The notes below the pieces were generated by a model. The model was given only the letters and a program-made list of their open reading frames with translations. It was not told the origin of the DNA and searched no databases. This document shows positions 53,607-63,977 of a DNA stretch of 64,000 nt, in pieces (positions within the stretch are counted from its first letter, which is position 1; each line of letters opens with the position of its first letter). Made by a program: the position numbers and the translations under genes. Source of the DNA: Kiritimatiellia bacterium. Its GTDB lineage: Bacteria; Verrucomicrobiota; Kiritimatiellia; RFP12; UBA1067. Location: the NCBI GenBank assembly GCA_050949565.1, contig JBMNFY010000017.1, positions 1,472,001-1,536,000 on the forward strand, in the 5' to 3' direction.

Positions 53607-53707
53607 GACACCATTCTCCTGACCAAACACCGTTCCTGACATACAACACCCGCGTGTCTTACAGCGCTTTTAATGTAGCAAAAAAACAGGCCGCAAGAAA
53701 CAAGGAA

Positions 53708-54649
53708 TTAACACAAAGCCGTTGTGTCGATGCGCATGCGTCGGCCGCGGAGTTGTAGGTTACCGCCAGTGATGATGACCTTCTCGTCCTCACGCCGCAG
53801 ATCAAGCGGCTCGCGCGCCCAGACTGCCCAGCCGCGCGTGGCGGCGCGCGCGTACAACTGCTCCAGCGTATCGGCAAAGCGCTCCTGGCCGCGCCAGAAC
53901 GGCAGTGGGCCAAGGCGGTAGATGAGTGGTGCGGGCGTGAGCGTTTTCACGGCGCTGCCGAAATCTTCAAAGGGGGGCTGCGGTGTTCCGTAGAACGTTG
54001 TGAGATCGACAGGATCGGGTGCGGGCGGTTGCGCCGGACAGGTCGGCGGCGGCTCTTCCATCGCCGCATCGCCCAGCAGCTCGACGCGGCTGACACCACG
54101 GACAGCCAGCAACAGCAGCGGGGTTTGGGTGATGGCCTCGCCCATCAAATAGTAGACCGCCGCCAGATGCTTGCAGGGGTTGGCGTAATCCGGACAGGAA
54201 CAGCGGCTCGACAGATCATTCTCGCGCTGCGGAAAGAGCGGACAGCCAGCTTCCCGGAAGAGCCCCTCCACCTCAAGCGGCAGCTCGCTGACCAACAGGC
54301 GCGCCACCAACATCGGCTGGGCACGCAAAGTTTCGATCAATTGCGGCTGCGCCTCTTCCGACACCGTGCGGAAGTGGATGGTGCTGGTGTACGGCTCCTT
54401 GCTGGCACCCTGCACACGGGCGGTGATCACGCCCGGCGTGATCTCAAGCTGCGACACCTGACCGGAGACCGCGTAGCTGCGGCCGCGTCCCAGACGCGCC
54501 CCAATGCGGAAGCGTTCGATGGCCTCGATCCAGCGTCGGCTCCACCACACGCGCGACGTTCCACTTTGCGCATGTTGCGAGCGGATACCGCCCATAATTG
54601 CCATCGGCGTGCGCGGCGCGTATCGCTTTTTTCGCTTTTTCTTGCTCAT
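53708..54649 (-). CDS. SWIM zinc-finger protein
   Basis: WWSRRWI, RLGRGRSYA..G.V, A.VQG...PY, LFP, CSCPDYANPCKHLAAVYY. Confidence 0.92.
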   Translation of the reverse strand: MSKKKRKKRYAPRTPMAIMGGIRSQHAQSGTSRVWWSRRWIEAIERFRIGARLGRGRSYAVSGQVSQLEITPGVITARVQGASKEPYTSTIHFRTVSEEAQPQLIETLRAQPMLVARLLVSELPLEVEGLFREAGCPLFPQRENDLSSRCSCPDYANPCKHLAAVYYLMGEAITQTPLLLLAVRGVSRVELLGDAAMEEPPPTCPAQPPAPDPVDLTTFYGTPQPPFEDFGSAVKTLTPAPLIYRLGPLPFWRGQERFADTLEQLYARAATRGWAVWAREPLDLRREDEKVIITGGNLQLRGRRMRIDTTALC

Positions 54650-57600
54650 TCCCCCACCTCGACATCGGCAATAACCGTTTCGGAAAGCCGCAGAACCTGA
54701 TCCAGTTCGGCGTCGGAAAGTTCAGTTAGGAACTGCTCGCCACTCGTCACGATCTCGGCGGCCAAGGCGCTCTTGTGCGCGATCATATCGTCGATGCGTT
54801 CCTCCAGCGTACCGCCGCAGAGAAATTTATGGACCATCACATCGCGCGTCTGTCCGATACGGAAGGCGCGGTCAGTGGCCTGATTCTCAACGGCGGGATT
54901 CCACCAGCGGTCGTAGTGAAAGACATGGCTCGCGCGAGTCAGGTTGAGACCGATGCCGCCGGCTTTGAGCGAAAGGACAAAGGCACGCGGCTCGACGCCC
55001 TCCTGAAACGCTCGCACCATGTTGTCGCGCGTCTTGCGCGGCACGCCGCCATGCAAAAACGGCATGTCGCGCCCAAACGTTTCGCAGAGACGTTGTTGCA
55101 GTAGCACGCCCATTTCGGCGTACTGGGTGAAAACCAGTGCGCTTTCGCCGCGCGCGAAAATCTCCTCCAGCATCTCTTCCAGACGTTGTAGCTTGCCAGA
55201 TGGACGCGCCATGGCCTGCGGCTCGCCGAGGTAGTGCGCCGGATGGTTGCAGACCTGTTTAAGGCGCGTCAGCACACCAAGAATCAAGCCGCGTCGCGCG
55301 ATACCTTCGGCGTCGGCCGCATCGCGACGAAACTGCTCAAGCACTTCCTCGTAAAGATGCGCCTGCTCGCGCGTGAGCGTGCAGATGACGGTGCCTTCGC
55401 GCTTCTCTGGTAGATCGGCGATGATCTGTTTGTCGGTCTTGAGACGCCGCAGCAAAAACGGCGAGGTAATGCGCCGCAGCCGCGTGCGCGCGCCGGGATC
55501 GGTGCCAGAGTGGATCGGTCGGAAGAAGGTTTCGCGGAACGCGGTACGTCCGCCTAGCAGACCGGGATTGAGAAAATCCATCAACGACCAGAGATCGCCA
55601 ACATGGTTCTCGATCGGTGTACCGGTCAGCGCGACCCGGTAATCGGCCTGTAGCGCGCGCGCCGCTTGGGCTTGGCGCGTATCAGGATTCTTGATGTTCT
55701 GCGCTTCGTCGAGCACGATGCCGGACCAGTTGACTTTACGCAAGTCGGAGTAATCGCGGTAGAGCAGATGGTAACTGGTGAGCACGATGTCCGCCCCTTT
55801 TGTCTCGCGAACAAACGCATTGCCGCGACAGCGCTGTGCGCCGTGATGGAGCATCACGCGCAGACTGGGCGCGAAACGTCGACTCTCACGCAACCAGTTA
55901 CCGAGCACCGACATCGGAGCGACCAACAAAACCGGACGACGTTCGCCACGCTCCTTTTCGTGTAGCAGAAAGGCGAGCGTCTGGATCGTTTTACCAAGGC
56001 CCATGTCATCCGCCAGACAGCCGCCGAAGCCCCAGGTGCGCAGGAACGCCAGCCAACTGAACCCGCGCACCTGATAGGGACGCAACTCGCCGCAAAACGC
56101 AGCGGGTTGCGGCAGCAGTTCGAACGTCTGCTCGCCGCGCAAGCGATTAAGGAATGGCGCCAGCCAACCGCCGCCACGAACCTCGGAGACCTCCAGCCCG
56201 CCACGGCTTGCGGTACCCAGCGCCAACTGCACCACCTCCAGCGCGGATTGCGATTCCGCCCGCTTGGGTTGCGTAACGCGCAGCGCTTCCTGAAGCTGGC
56301 GCACATCGATCTGAATCCAGCGGCCCCGGAAGAAGACCAACGGCGAGTCGGACTCCAACAGCGCCTCCAGCTCCTCGCGCGAAATCGGCTGGCCGTCCAG
56401 CGCGACCGTCCAGCTCAGCGCCACCTTCTCTTCCAATGCCTGCGGGCTGGCGTCCGCGTCGGCGTGCGGCATCGCATCAACCTCCAGCGTGACGGTCTGC
56501 TCACGGTGGCTCCACCATGCCGGTAGACTGACGCCGTAACCAGCCGCTTCCAGCAGCGGTGCGGCAGTGTTGAGAAAGACATGTGCCTCATCAGGTGGTA
56601 GCATGCAACCAAAGCCGTGCGGATAGATTTCGGCTCTGGTCAGCGGTGGGAAGAGCATGCCGGCCTGTCCCAGCGCGATCAAGAGCGCTTCATCAGCACC
56701 CTCAAAAAACGGTGTACGGCCTTTCGGGCGCGTGCCGTTAAAACGCACACGCAGGAACCACGGCTGACTCGGTTCGGACGGCTCCTCCAGATCAAAGAGC
56801 AATGCGGCGTCATGTGTCGCGCGGCCTTCGACCGGTCGCCGCCACAGCGCGACCGCATCATACAGGGCGTCAAGTTCCTCATCCGCTTTCCAGCGGATCA
56901 CCGGGCTCTCACCGCGCAATGCAGCGAACCAAGCGTCGTGGGCGCTGTAGAATTTACCGCGTTCGGCATGCGAACGCGACAGCGTCGTCATCACGCTGAG
57001 CCGCACCAAGTGGTCGGTCAGCTCCTCAAGCAACGCGGCGGCATAGTGTTCGGGTGTCGTACCCAGCGTCAGCAACGGCGGCAAACGCGCGGTCAGCGCT
57101 TCGAGCCGCCGCCGGTCGGGCGGATCGAGCGACAGCTGCCAGCGCGCCTCGACGCTCTCGTCGTCGCGCCGCACAAGCGCGGGCAAAAATCTGCCGCGAG
57201 CCACGAGCGAACCGGACAAGCGGAAAAGATCCACGAACGCGAGCAGGTCTTCACCGGCGAACACGCCATCGGCCAGCCGCCGCTCCTGACAGACCCCCAG
57301 AAAGGTCAGGGCCTGTTTCCAAGTTAAAGTGGCAGCCGTGACCCGCCAGGTATCAAGCGTTACCGGCGGCGAAACGGAGACGTCGGCAGGCAAGAGAAAC
57401 GATTGCGACGGCACTGGAAGCGGGCCGACAGAACTCTGGCTTGTCGGCAGGCGCAACTCCAGACCCAACATCTGAAGACTCTCCGTCTCCCAAAGGAATC
57501 CTTCGAGAACGTCACCGAGAATTTCCGCCCCGGCATCGAACGGCGAAACACGCGCCTGCGCCGCACCCTGCGCCGTGGGATGAGTTCCACATGCGGGTGC

Positions 57601-57663
57601 AACCCGTTCGCCCCACACAGCCACACGACGTTGGCGCCAGCTTATATGCAGAATCACTAGCAT
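54646..57663 (-). CDS. SNF2-family helicase/ATPase (DUF3670-type N-terminus)
   Basis: LRPYQVRG.SWL, CLADDMGLGKT, LDEAQNIKN, ALTGTPIENH, LRRLKTD, LKQVCNHP, SLKAGG.GLNLT, DRWWNPAVENQATDRAFRIGQ. Confidence 0.94.
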   Translation of the reverse strand: MLVILHISWRQRRVAVWGERVAPACGTHPTAQGAAQARVSPFDAGAEILGDVLEGFLWETESLQMLGLELRLPTSQSSVGPLPVPSQSFLLPADVSVSPPVTLDTWRVTAATLTWKQALTFLGVCQERRLADGVFAGEDLLAFVDLFRLSGSLVARGRFLPALVRRDDESVEARWQLSLDPPDRRRLEALTARLPPLLTLGTTPEHYAAALLEELTDHLVRLSVMTTLSRSHAERGKFYSAHDAWFAALRGESPVIRWKADEELDALYDAVALWRRPVEGRATHDAALLFDLEEPSEPSQPWFLRVRFNGTRPKGRTPFFEGADEALLIALGQAGMLFPPLTRAEIYPHGFGCMLPPDEAHVFLNTAAPLLEAAGYGVSLPAWWSHREQTVTLEVDAMPHADADASPQALEEKVALSWTVALDGQPISREELEALLESDSPLVFFRGRWIQIDVRQLQEALRVTQPKRAESQSALEVVQLALGTASRGGLEVSEVRGGGWLAPFLNRLRGEQTFELLPQPAAFCGELRPYQVRGFSWLAFLRTWGFGGCLADDMGLGKTIQTLAFLLHEKERGERRPVLLVAPMSVLGNWLRESRRFAPSLRVMLHHGAQRCRGNAFVRETKGADIVLTSYHLLYRDYSDLRKVNWSGIVLDEAQNIKNPDTRQAQAARALQADYRVALTGTPIENHVGDLWSLMDFLNPGLLGGRTAFRETFFRPIHSGTDPGARTRLRRITSPFLLRRLKTDKQIIADLPEKREGTVICTLTREQAHLYEEVLEQFRRDAADAEGIARRGLILGVLTRLKQVCNHPAHYLGEPQAMARPSGKLQRLEEMLEEIFARGESALVFTQYAEMGVLLQQRLCETFGRDMPFLHGGVPRKTRDNMVRAFQEGVEPRAFVLSLKAGGIGLNLTRASHVFHYDRWWNPAVENQATDRAFRIGQTRDVMVHKFLCGGTLEERIDDMIAHKSALAAEIVTSGEQFLTELSDAELDQVLRLSETVIADVEVGE

Positions 57664-57755
57664 CCCATCAGTCTGCCCGACAACAAGGCGGTCACAGACA
57701 CACACATCGTACCACAATGCGCTCTCCGTGCGTAGCGCGGAGAGCGCGTTGTGAT

Positions 57756-57961
57756 ATTTAGGAGTTAGGAGTTAGGAGTTAGGATTTAGGAGTTGAGTGC
57801 CTGCCGCAAGATTTGCGCCGGGTAATGTGACACAGGCATCCTGCCCGTGATGACGGCACTGCGCAAAACCGGTGACCGTCTTGTACCCGTCCTCGCGGGC
57901 TCCGCCCGCGACCAATCACAAATTACAAATCTAAACTCCTAACTCCTCAATCCTAACTCCT
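57756..57961. repeat. Inverted pair of heptamer arrays enclosing a REP-like palindrome
   Basis: (TTAGGAG)n at 57756-57794 faces (CTCCTAA)n at 57934-57961; GTGACACAGGCATCCTGCCCGTG lies between them. Confidence 0.85.
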
Positions 57962-58039
57962 CCTTCCAAAGTGCGATTCAACGAGGTTGAATCGTACTTT
58001 GGCTTGACGCTGAGCACCTGACATTGCATGCTTGTGCGG

Positions 58040-59893
58040 ATGGTCAAAGACGGACATATTCGCCTGTTGCCGATCCACGTCGCCAACAAGATCGCGGCGG
58101 GCGAGGTGGTGGAGCGCCCCGCTTCGGTGGTGAAAGAGTTGATGGAAAACGCCATCGACTCCGGTGCCACGCGGATTGACGTGACCGTGACGGCTGGCGG
58201 GCGCAAACTGATCGAGGTGCGCGACAACGGCGGCGGCATGGGGCGCGACGATGCCCTGCTCAGCATCGAGCGGCAAGCCACCAGTAAAATCCGCGATGTC
58301 GATGACATCGAACGTATCGACACGCTCGGTTTCCGTGGCGAGGCATTGCCTTCAATCGCTTCAGTCTCGCGCTTCACACTCAAAACGCGCCGTGAGGTGG
58401 ATGAGGCCGGAAGCGAGTTAGTGATTGTGGGCGGCAGCCTGCAAGACGTCCGCGAAGCCGGTCTGCCGGTCGGCACCACGATCAGTGTGCGCGACCTCTT
58501 TTTCAATGTGCCGGCCCGTCGAAAATTTCTGCGTGCGTTTCAGACCGAGCAGGCACATATCCGCTCGGTCTTCACGCTCCACGCTCTGGCCCATCCGGAA
58601 ATCGGCATGAGCCTTACATCCGACGGCCGCGAGCTGGCTCGTTTGCCGCCTGATGCTACGTTGGAGGAGCGCGTCCGCGATCTCTTCGGTGCCGACTTCT
58701 GCGCGGGACTGGTGCCGCTCGACCGGACACGCGGGGAGATTCGCGTCTACGGTTTCGCCGGATTACCGAACCAGACACGCACCGACCGCAGTGAACAGTA
58801 CATCTTCATTAACCGCCGTCCAGCCACCGCGCCGGTCATCGCCTATGCGTTGCGCGAGGCCTATCCGCCGCTAGAAGGCAACCGCAAGCCGATCGTGCTG
58901 CTCTTCATCGAGATGCCGCCCGAGCACGTGGATGTCAATGTGCATCCGACCAAACGCGAGGTACGCTTTCACAAACCGGTGGATGTGCGCGAAGCGTTGA
59001 TCGCTGCCATCACCGAGGCGATCGGCAACACGCACCGGCATAAGAACAACGAGCCCGCAGACGCTCCTCCGGCCGATACGAAAGCGGCGGCGCACGACAC
59101 GCAAGATACGCGCGACACACAGGACGTCTCGTTGCGAACGCTGGTGCCGGAAGCTGCGGCGCGCCCCTTCGACTATCCCGCGCCGGTTCCGCTGCCGCTA
59201 GTTGACGCGCCCCGCCCCGCCGCCGTGCCGTTCCCCGCCCCTATGCAACCCGCCCCCGTGCCGCCACCGACCGGCAAGGGGCTACCGCTCTTCGCGGACC
59301 CGCACGCGGGTTCGCCGTGGCGCTGGTGCCGGGTGTTGGGTCAGGTGGGCGGACGTTATTTGCTGTTGGAGACTGACGACGGCATGGTAACGGTCGATCC
59401 GCGCGCGGCACGCGAGCGGGTGCTGTACGAGCGGCTGATGGATAACGCACGGAGCGGCGAAACCCTATCGCAGCGCATGCTGCTGCCCGAGACGGTGCAA
59501 CTCGCGCCGCGTGACGCCGCGCGTCTGCGCAAGCACTTGTCGGTCGTGCAGGCGATGGGCTTCGGCGTAGCAGAGTTTGGTAGCGACCATTTTATCGTCG
59601 AGTCGCTACCCGCCGCGCTGGGCACGGTCTCCTGCCGCGAGCTACTGGGAAACATCGCACACGATCTTGAAACTGCCGGCACGCGGCGTGGTGCCGAAAA
59701 GTGGCGCGAAGAGCTGATCGCCAAAGCCGCCTGCCGCGCGGTCACCGGTAGCAGTGAGCCGCTCTCCGAAGAGGCCGCCGAGCGATTGGTGAACGACCTC
59801 GCCGCCACGCGCATGCCCTACACCTGCCCGCGCGGCCGCCCCACCATGATCTTCACCTCATACCGCGAACTTGAAAGAAAGTTTGGGCGGTGA
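58040..59893 (+). CDS. mutL: DNA mismatch repair protein MutL
   Basis: NKIAAGEVVERPASVVKELMENAIDSGA, DNGGGM, ATSKI, TLGFRGEALPSI, LFFNVPARRKFL, VDVNVHPTKREVRF, C-terminal AC.AV...CP.GRPT. Confidence 0.97.
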   Translation: MVKDGHIRLLPIHVANKIAAGEVVERPASVVKELMENAIDSGATRIDVTVTAGGRKLIEVRDNGGGMGRDDALLSIERQATSKIRDVDDIERIDTLGFRGEALPSIASVSRFTLKTRREVDEAGSELVIVGGSLQDVREAGLPVGTTISVRDLFFNVPARRKFLRAFQTEQAHIRSVFTLHALAHPEIGMSLTSDGRELARLPPDATLEERVRDLFGADFCAGLVPLDRTRGEIRVYGFAGLPNQTRTDRSEQYIFINRRPATAPVIAYALREAYPPLEGNRKPIVLLFIEMPPEHVDVNVHPTKREVRFHKPVDVREALIAAITEAIGNTHRHKNNEPADAPPADTKAAAHDTQDTRDTQDVSLRTLVPEAAARPFDYPAPVPLPLVDAPRPAAVPFPAPMQPAPVPPPTGKGLPLFADPHAGSPWRWCRVLGQVGGRYLLLETDDGMVTVDPRAARERVLYERLMDNARSGETLSQRMLLPETVQLAPRDAARLRKHLSVVQAMGFGVAEFGSDHFIVESLPAALGTVSCRELLGNIAHDLETAGTRRGAEKWREELIAKAACRAVTGSSEPLSEEAAERLVNDLAATRMPYTCPRGRPTMIFTSYRELERKFGR

Positions 59894-59901
59894 ATAGCCG
59901 C

Positions 59902-60138
59902 AACCATGCCACCAAAAATCGTGCCATCTGTGGTTAAACAAACCCGAGCAGGGCTTTTACTCGCACGGTTGTACGCCACTGCGTGATCGCAACAAGAAAG
60001 GTTGACTCGCGACGTTCGACCCGCGACCTGCGGCTGGTGCAGCCCCCAAAAAACCTCTGTGCTCTCTGTGTTCTCTGTGGTTTCCAAAACCTGAACCATG
60101 CCACCAAAAATCTGCGTAATCTGTGCCATCTGTGGATG
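59902..60138. repeat. Intergenic repeat cluster between convergent mutL and mnmE
   Basis: Direct repeat AACCATGCCACCAAAAATC...GTGCCATCTGTGG (59902 and 60094), an ~80-nt module shared with 2626-2708, and a CCTCTGTGCTCTCTGTGTTCTCTGTGG 9-mer module. Confidence 0.8.
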
Positions 60139-60150
60139 TAAAAAACCGCG

Positions 60151-61539
60151 TCACTTGCCGACGCAGAAGCGGCTGAAGATGGCATCCAGCAGATCCTCGG
60201 TGTAAACACGCCCGATCATGCGTCCGAGCGCTTCGGCCGCGCCGCGCAGATGGCCGGCCGCGAGCACCAGTCCGCTTTCACCGGCGTCCAGCGCGGCGCG
60301 CGCCTCCCGGCTCTGCTCAAGTGCCGTGCGCAGTTCATTGACATGCCGCAGCGAGACAATCGGCTGCCCGTACGTTTCTTCTGTCACGCCCAGAGTCTCG
60401 GCCACCATCCGCTTCAACGCTTCCAGCCCCTCGCCGCTCTTCGCGGAGACACGCATATAAGCCAGCTCCGACGGTATCTCCAAAGTTCCCGATGTCGGCA
60501 AATCGCATTTCGTAACAACCACCATCACGCGTCCAGTCGGTAACGTCGCGCAGACCTCGGCCAGCTTTTCGGACTGCGGCACCGACCCGTCCACCAGATA
60601 GAGGATCAAATCCGCCTGACGTATCATGGCGCGCGCCCGCTCGACGCCCTCGCGCTCGACGCCGTCCTGCGTGTCGCGCAGGCCGGCGGTGTCGACCAGC
60701 CGCAGCGGCACCCCGTACAGCACGAGCGACTCTTCGATCGCATCGCGTGTGGTGCCCGGCAGGTCGTGTACGATGGCGCGGCGGATGCCCAGCAAGGCAT
60801 TCATCAGCGAAGACTTGCCGGCGTTGGGACGTCCGGCCAGGACCACCAGCGCACCCTCGCGAACCAGATGCCCCTCGCGCCACGATGCCACCAACTGTTC
60901 CATCTCGGTCATGCACGCCGCCAGCCGCTCGCTGGCGCGCTCTGTAAAAAGAGGCGGCAGTTCGCCCTCGTCAAAATCCAGCAGATGCTCCACCTCGGCG
61001 CAGACCGCCGTGACCGCCTCATAAAGCGCCGCCACGCGCCCCCCTAACGCGCCGTCGAGCTGGGCGCGGGCCACATGCGCGGCGCGTTCGGTACGGGACT
61101 GGATCAAGTCGCACACCGCCTCGGCCTGCGTTAAATCCATACGCCCGTTGAGAAAGGCGCGGCGCGTGAACTCTCCGGGTTCGGCCAAACGCGCACCGGC
61201 CGCCAGCACCGCCTCCAGCAGACGGCGCGAAGGTAACGCGCCGCCATGTCCTTGAATCTCCAGCGTGTCTTCGCCGGTATAGCTGTGCGGTGCGCGGTAG
61301 ATCAGAAACACAGCATCATCGATCACGGTACCGGTGACCGGATGGATCACGCGCGCATGGAAAAAGGTGCCCGCCGCGCGCTGGCTGGGCGGACAGCGCA
61401 GCCCCGGCACCAGACGGTCACCGACCTCCAGCGCGCCGTCTCCAGAAACCCGCACGATGCTCACGCCCGCCGGCCCCGCAGCGGTGGCGATCGCGGCGAT
61501 CACATGGGTGCTATAGCATTTTTCATCCACAGATGACAC
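60151..61539 (-). CDS. mnmE: tRNA modification GTPase MnmE (start uncertain: GTG at 61539, 61530 or 61503)
   Basis: IAAIAT, IVRVSG, PHSYTGED..EI..HGG, AEPGEFTRRAFLNGRMDLTQAEAV, GRPNAGKSSL, GTTRD, DTAG, IFSRFCVGK. Confidence 0.97.
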   Translation of the reverse strand: MSSVDEKCYSTHVIAAIATAAGPAGVSIVRVSGDGALEVGDRLVPGLRCPPSQRAAGTFFHARVIHPVTGTVIDDAVFLIYRAPHSYTGEDTLEIQGHGGALPSRRLLEAVLAAGARLAEPGEFTRRAFLNGRMDLTQAEAVCDLIQSRTERAAHVARAQLDGALGGRVAALYEAVTAVCAEVEHLLDFDEGELPPLFTERASERLAACMTEMEQLVASWREGHLVREGALVVLAGRPNAGKSSLMNALLGIRRAIVHDLPGTTRDAIEESLVLYGVPLRLVDTAGLRDTQDGVEREGVERARAMIRQADLILYLVDGSVPQSEKLAEVCATLPTGRVMVVVTKCDLPTSGTLEIPSELAYMRVSAKSGEGLEALKRMVAETLGVTEETYGQPIVSLRHVNELRTALEQSREARAALDAGESGLVLAAGHLRGAAEALGRMIGRVYTEDLLDAIFSRFCVGK

Positions 61540-61623
61540 AGATTACGCAGATTTTTGGGGGCATGACTGAACTCGCGAAGCACGTCAATCCCGTCAATCA
61601 TGTCAAAAAACCGCCATCTCGCC

Positions 61624-63951
61624 CTACAACCCAGCGAACGGATTCACCGTGAATCCGCCGCCGCCCGACGAGCCGCGTCCCGGCGATCCTCCGCGCCCGG
61701 TGGAGTCGCGCCTGCCGCGCGGCGGACCGGAGCGGCGGTCGCCGCCACCGCCACCCTCGCGCTTGCCCGCCGGCGCGGGCTGCGTCTTGGCGCTTAGCGA
61801 GATGCGCCGGCGCGCTTTGTCCACGCTCAGCACGCGCACCTTCAGCTTGTCGCCGGCCTTGACCACCTCGGACGGATCGCGCACAAAACGGTCCGAAAGC
61901 TCCGACACATGCACCAGACCATCCTGATGCACACCGATATCGACAAAAGCACCGAACGCCGTGACGTTGGTCACGATCCCTTCCAGCACCATGCCCTCTT
62001 TGACATGCTCGAACTCGGTCACGTCGTCGCGGAAGGCCGGTTTTTCAAACGTCGCGCGTGGGTCGCGTCCCGGCTTCTTCAATTCGGCGATGATGTCGCG
62101 CAGTGTTGGCTCGCCCACCGAATCCGACACATACTTGGTGTAATCGATCTGATCCACCAACGTGTTATTACCGATCAGGTCAGATAGCGCCACGCCCAGA
62201 TCGGCGGCCATCTGCTCGACCAGTGCGTAGCGTTCCGGATGAACCGCCGAGGCGTCCAGCGGATGCTCGCCGTCGCGGATGCGCAAAAAGCCCGCGGCCT
62301 GCTCGAACGTCTTGGGCCCCAGTCCCGGAACTTTGCCCAGTTGTTGCCGACTGGTAAAAGCGCCGTTCTCGTTGCGGTAGGTAACAATCTTCTTGGCCAT
62401 CGCACCGCCGATTCCCGAGACGCGCGTCAGCAGCGGAGCGCTGGCGGTGTTCAACTCCACGCCCACATGGTTCACGCAGCTCACCACCACTTCGTCCAGC
62501 TTGTCGGCCAGCAACGGCTGATGCACATCGTGCTGGTACTGTCCCACGCCGATCGCCTTGGGGTCGATCTTCACCAACTCCGCCAGCGGGTCTTGCAAGC
62601 GCCGTCCGATCGAAATCGCCCCGCGGATCGTCAGGTCAAGATCGGGAAACTCGTCACGCGCCACTTCCGACGCGCTGTAGACCGACGCACCGGACTCGTT
62701 GACGGAGATCACCATCACATCTTTGATGTTCGCCTCTTTCAGCACACCGCGCACGAACGACTCGGTCTCGCGACCGCCGGTACCATTGCCGACCGCAATC
62801 GCCGTCGGACGGTGCTTGGCCACCAGTTTGCAGATATCGACTTTCGCCTCGATCTCGCGCCGTCCGCCCTGCGAGGGAAAGATGGTGCAGGTTTCCAAAA
62901 ATTTTCCGGTCGAATCCAGCGCCACGCACTTGCACCCGGTGCGCAACCCCGGGTCGATGCCCACGACCTTTTTATCGCCGAGCGGTGCCTGCAGCAACAG
63001 GTTGCGTAGGTTCTGCGCGAAGATCTCCACCGCCGCGCGGTCGGCCTTCATCTTGGTTTCGACCATGACATCGACCTCGACGCTCGGCGCGATCAACCGC
63101 TTGTAGCTGTCTTCGATCGCCTCTTTCAGATGCGGCGCAAAGCGCGAGCTGGGATTCAACGCAACCATTTCGCTGATGCGTTCCAGCAACGGGTCGGCCT
63201 CGCACGCCACGCGCACACGCAACACGCCTTCGGTTTGGCCGCGACGGATCGCAAGGAAGCGATGGGAAGGAATGTCGCTCAGCCGCTCCGAAAACTCGTA
63301 ATACTGCTCGAACTTGGTCGGCTCGGTCGGTTTAGGATCGACCACCTCCGACGCCACCACCCCCTGCGTGGCAAACGCCTGACGCACCAAGCCGCGCACA
63401 TCCGCGTTCTCGGCGACGGTCTCGGCCACGATGTCACGTGCGCCCGCCAGCGCGGCGTTGACGTCCGCCACGCCTTTTTCATCATCCACAAAAGCGGCTG
63501 CCGCGTCATCGGGATCTGCGTTAACATCCTGCGCCAGAATCAACTCGGCCAACGGTTCGAGACCCTTCTCGCGCGCGATCATGGCGCGTGTGCGGCGCTT
63601 GGGCTTGTAGGGCAGATAAAGGTCTTCGAGCGCGGTTTTTACGTTGCAAGCCAGAATCTTGGCCTTCAACTCCGGCGACAATTTGCCCTGCTCCTCGATA
63701 GATGCCAGAATCGTTGCGCGCCGCTCCTCCAGTTCGCGGTAGTAAGTCAGGCGCTCCTGAATCTTGGAGATCTGCACTTCATCGAGGTTACCGTGAACCT
63801 CCTTGCGATAACGCGCAATGAACGGAATGGTATTGCCTTCCGCCAACAGGGTCTCGACCGCGATGATCTGGCGCGGCGCAACCGCCAATTCCGATATGAG
63901 CGTTTCAAGCGCGGTCTTGCCGGCTTCACTACTTAAAAAAATCTCTGCCAT
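61624..63951 (-). CDS. tex: Tex family transcription accessory protein (YqgF, HhH, S1 domains)
   Basis: GNTIPFIARYRKE, LEDLYLPYKPKRRTRA, GIDPGLRTGCK, NESGASVYSAS, RRLQDPLAELVKIDPK.IGVGQYQHD, S1 motif GAFVDIGVHQDGLVH. Confidence 0.96.
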   Translation of the reverse strand: MAEIFLSSEAGKTALETLISELAVAPRQIIAVETLLAEGNTIPFIARYRKEVHGNLDEVQISKIQERLTYYRELEERRATILASIEEQGKLSPELKAKILACNVKTALEDLYLPYKPKRRTRAMIAREKGLEPLAELILAQDVNADPDDAAAAFVDDEKGVADVNAALAGARDIVAETVAENADVRGLVRQAFATQGVVASEVVDPKPTEPTKFEQYYEFSERLSDIPSHRFLAIRRGQTEGVLRVRVACEADPLLERISEMVALNPSSRFAPHLKEAIEDSYKRLIAPSVEVDVMVETKMKADRAAVEIFAQNLRNLLLQAPLGDKKVVGIDPGLRTGCKCVALDSTGKFLETCTIFPSQGGRREIEAKVDICKLVAKHRPTAIAVGNGTGGRETESFVRGVLKEANIKDVMVISVNESGASVYSASEVARDEFPDLDLTIRGAISIGRRLQDPLAELVKIDPKAIGVGQYQHDVHQPLLADKLDEVVVSCVNHVGVELNTASAPLLTRVSGIGGAMAKKIVTYRNENGAFTSRQQLGKVPGLGPKTFEQAAGFLRIRDGEHPLDASAVHPERYALVEQMAADLGVALSDLIGNNTLVDQIDYTKYVSDSVGEPTLRDIIAELKKPGRDPRATFEKPAFRDDVTEFEHVKEGMVLEGIVTNVTAFGAFVDIGVHQDGLVHVSELSDRFVRDPSEVVKAGDKLKVRVLSVDKARRRISLSAKTQPAPAGKREGGGGGDRRSGPPRGRRDSTGRGGSPGRGSSGGGGFTVNPFAGL

Positions 63952-63977
63952 CTGATTCTATCCTCGTCAAAGCTGGG

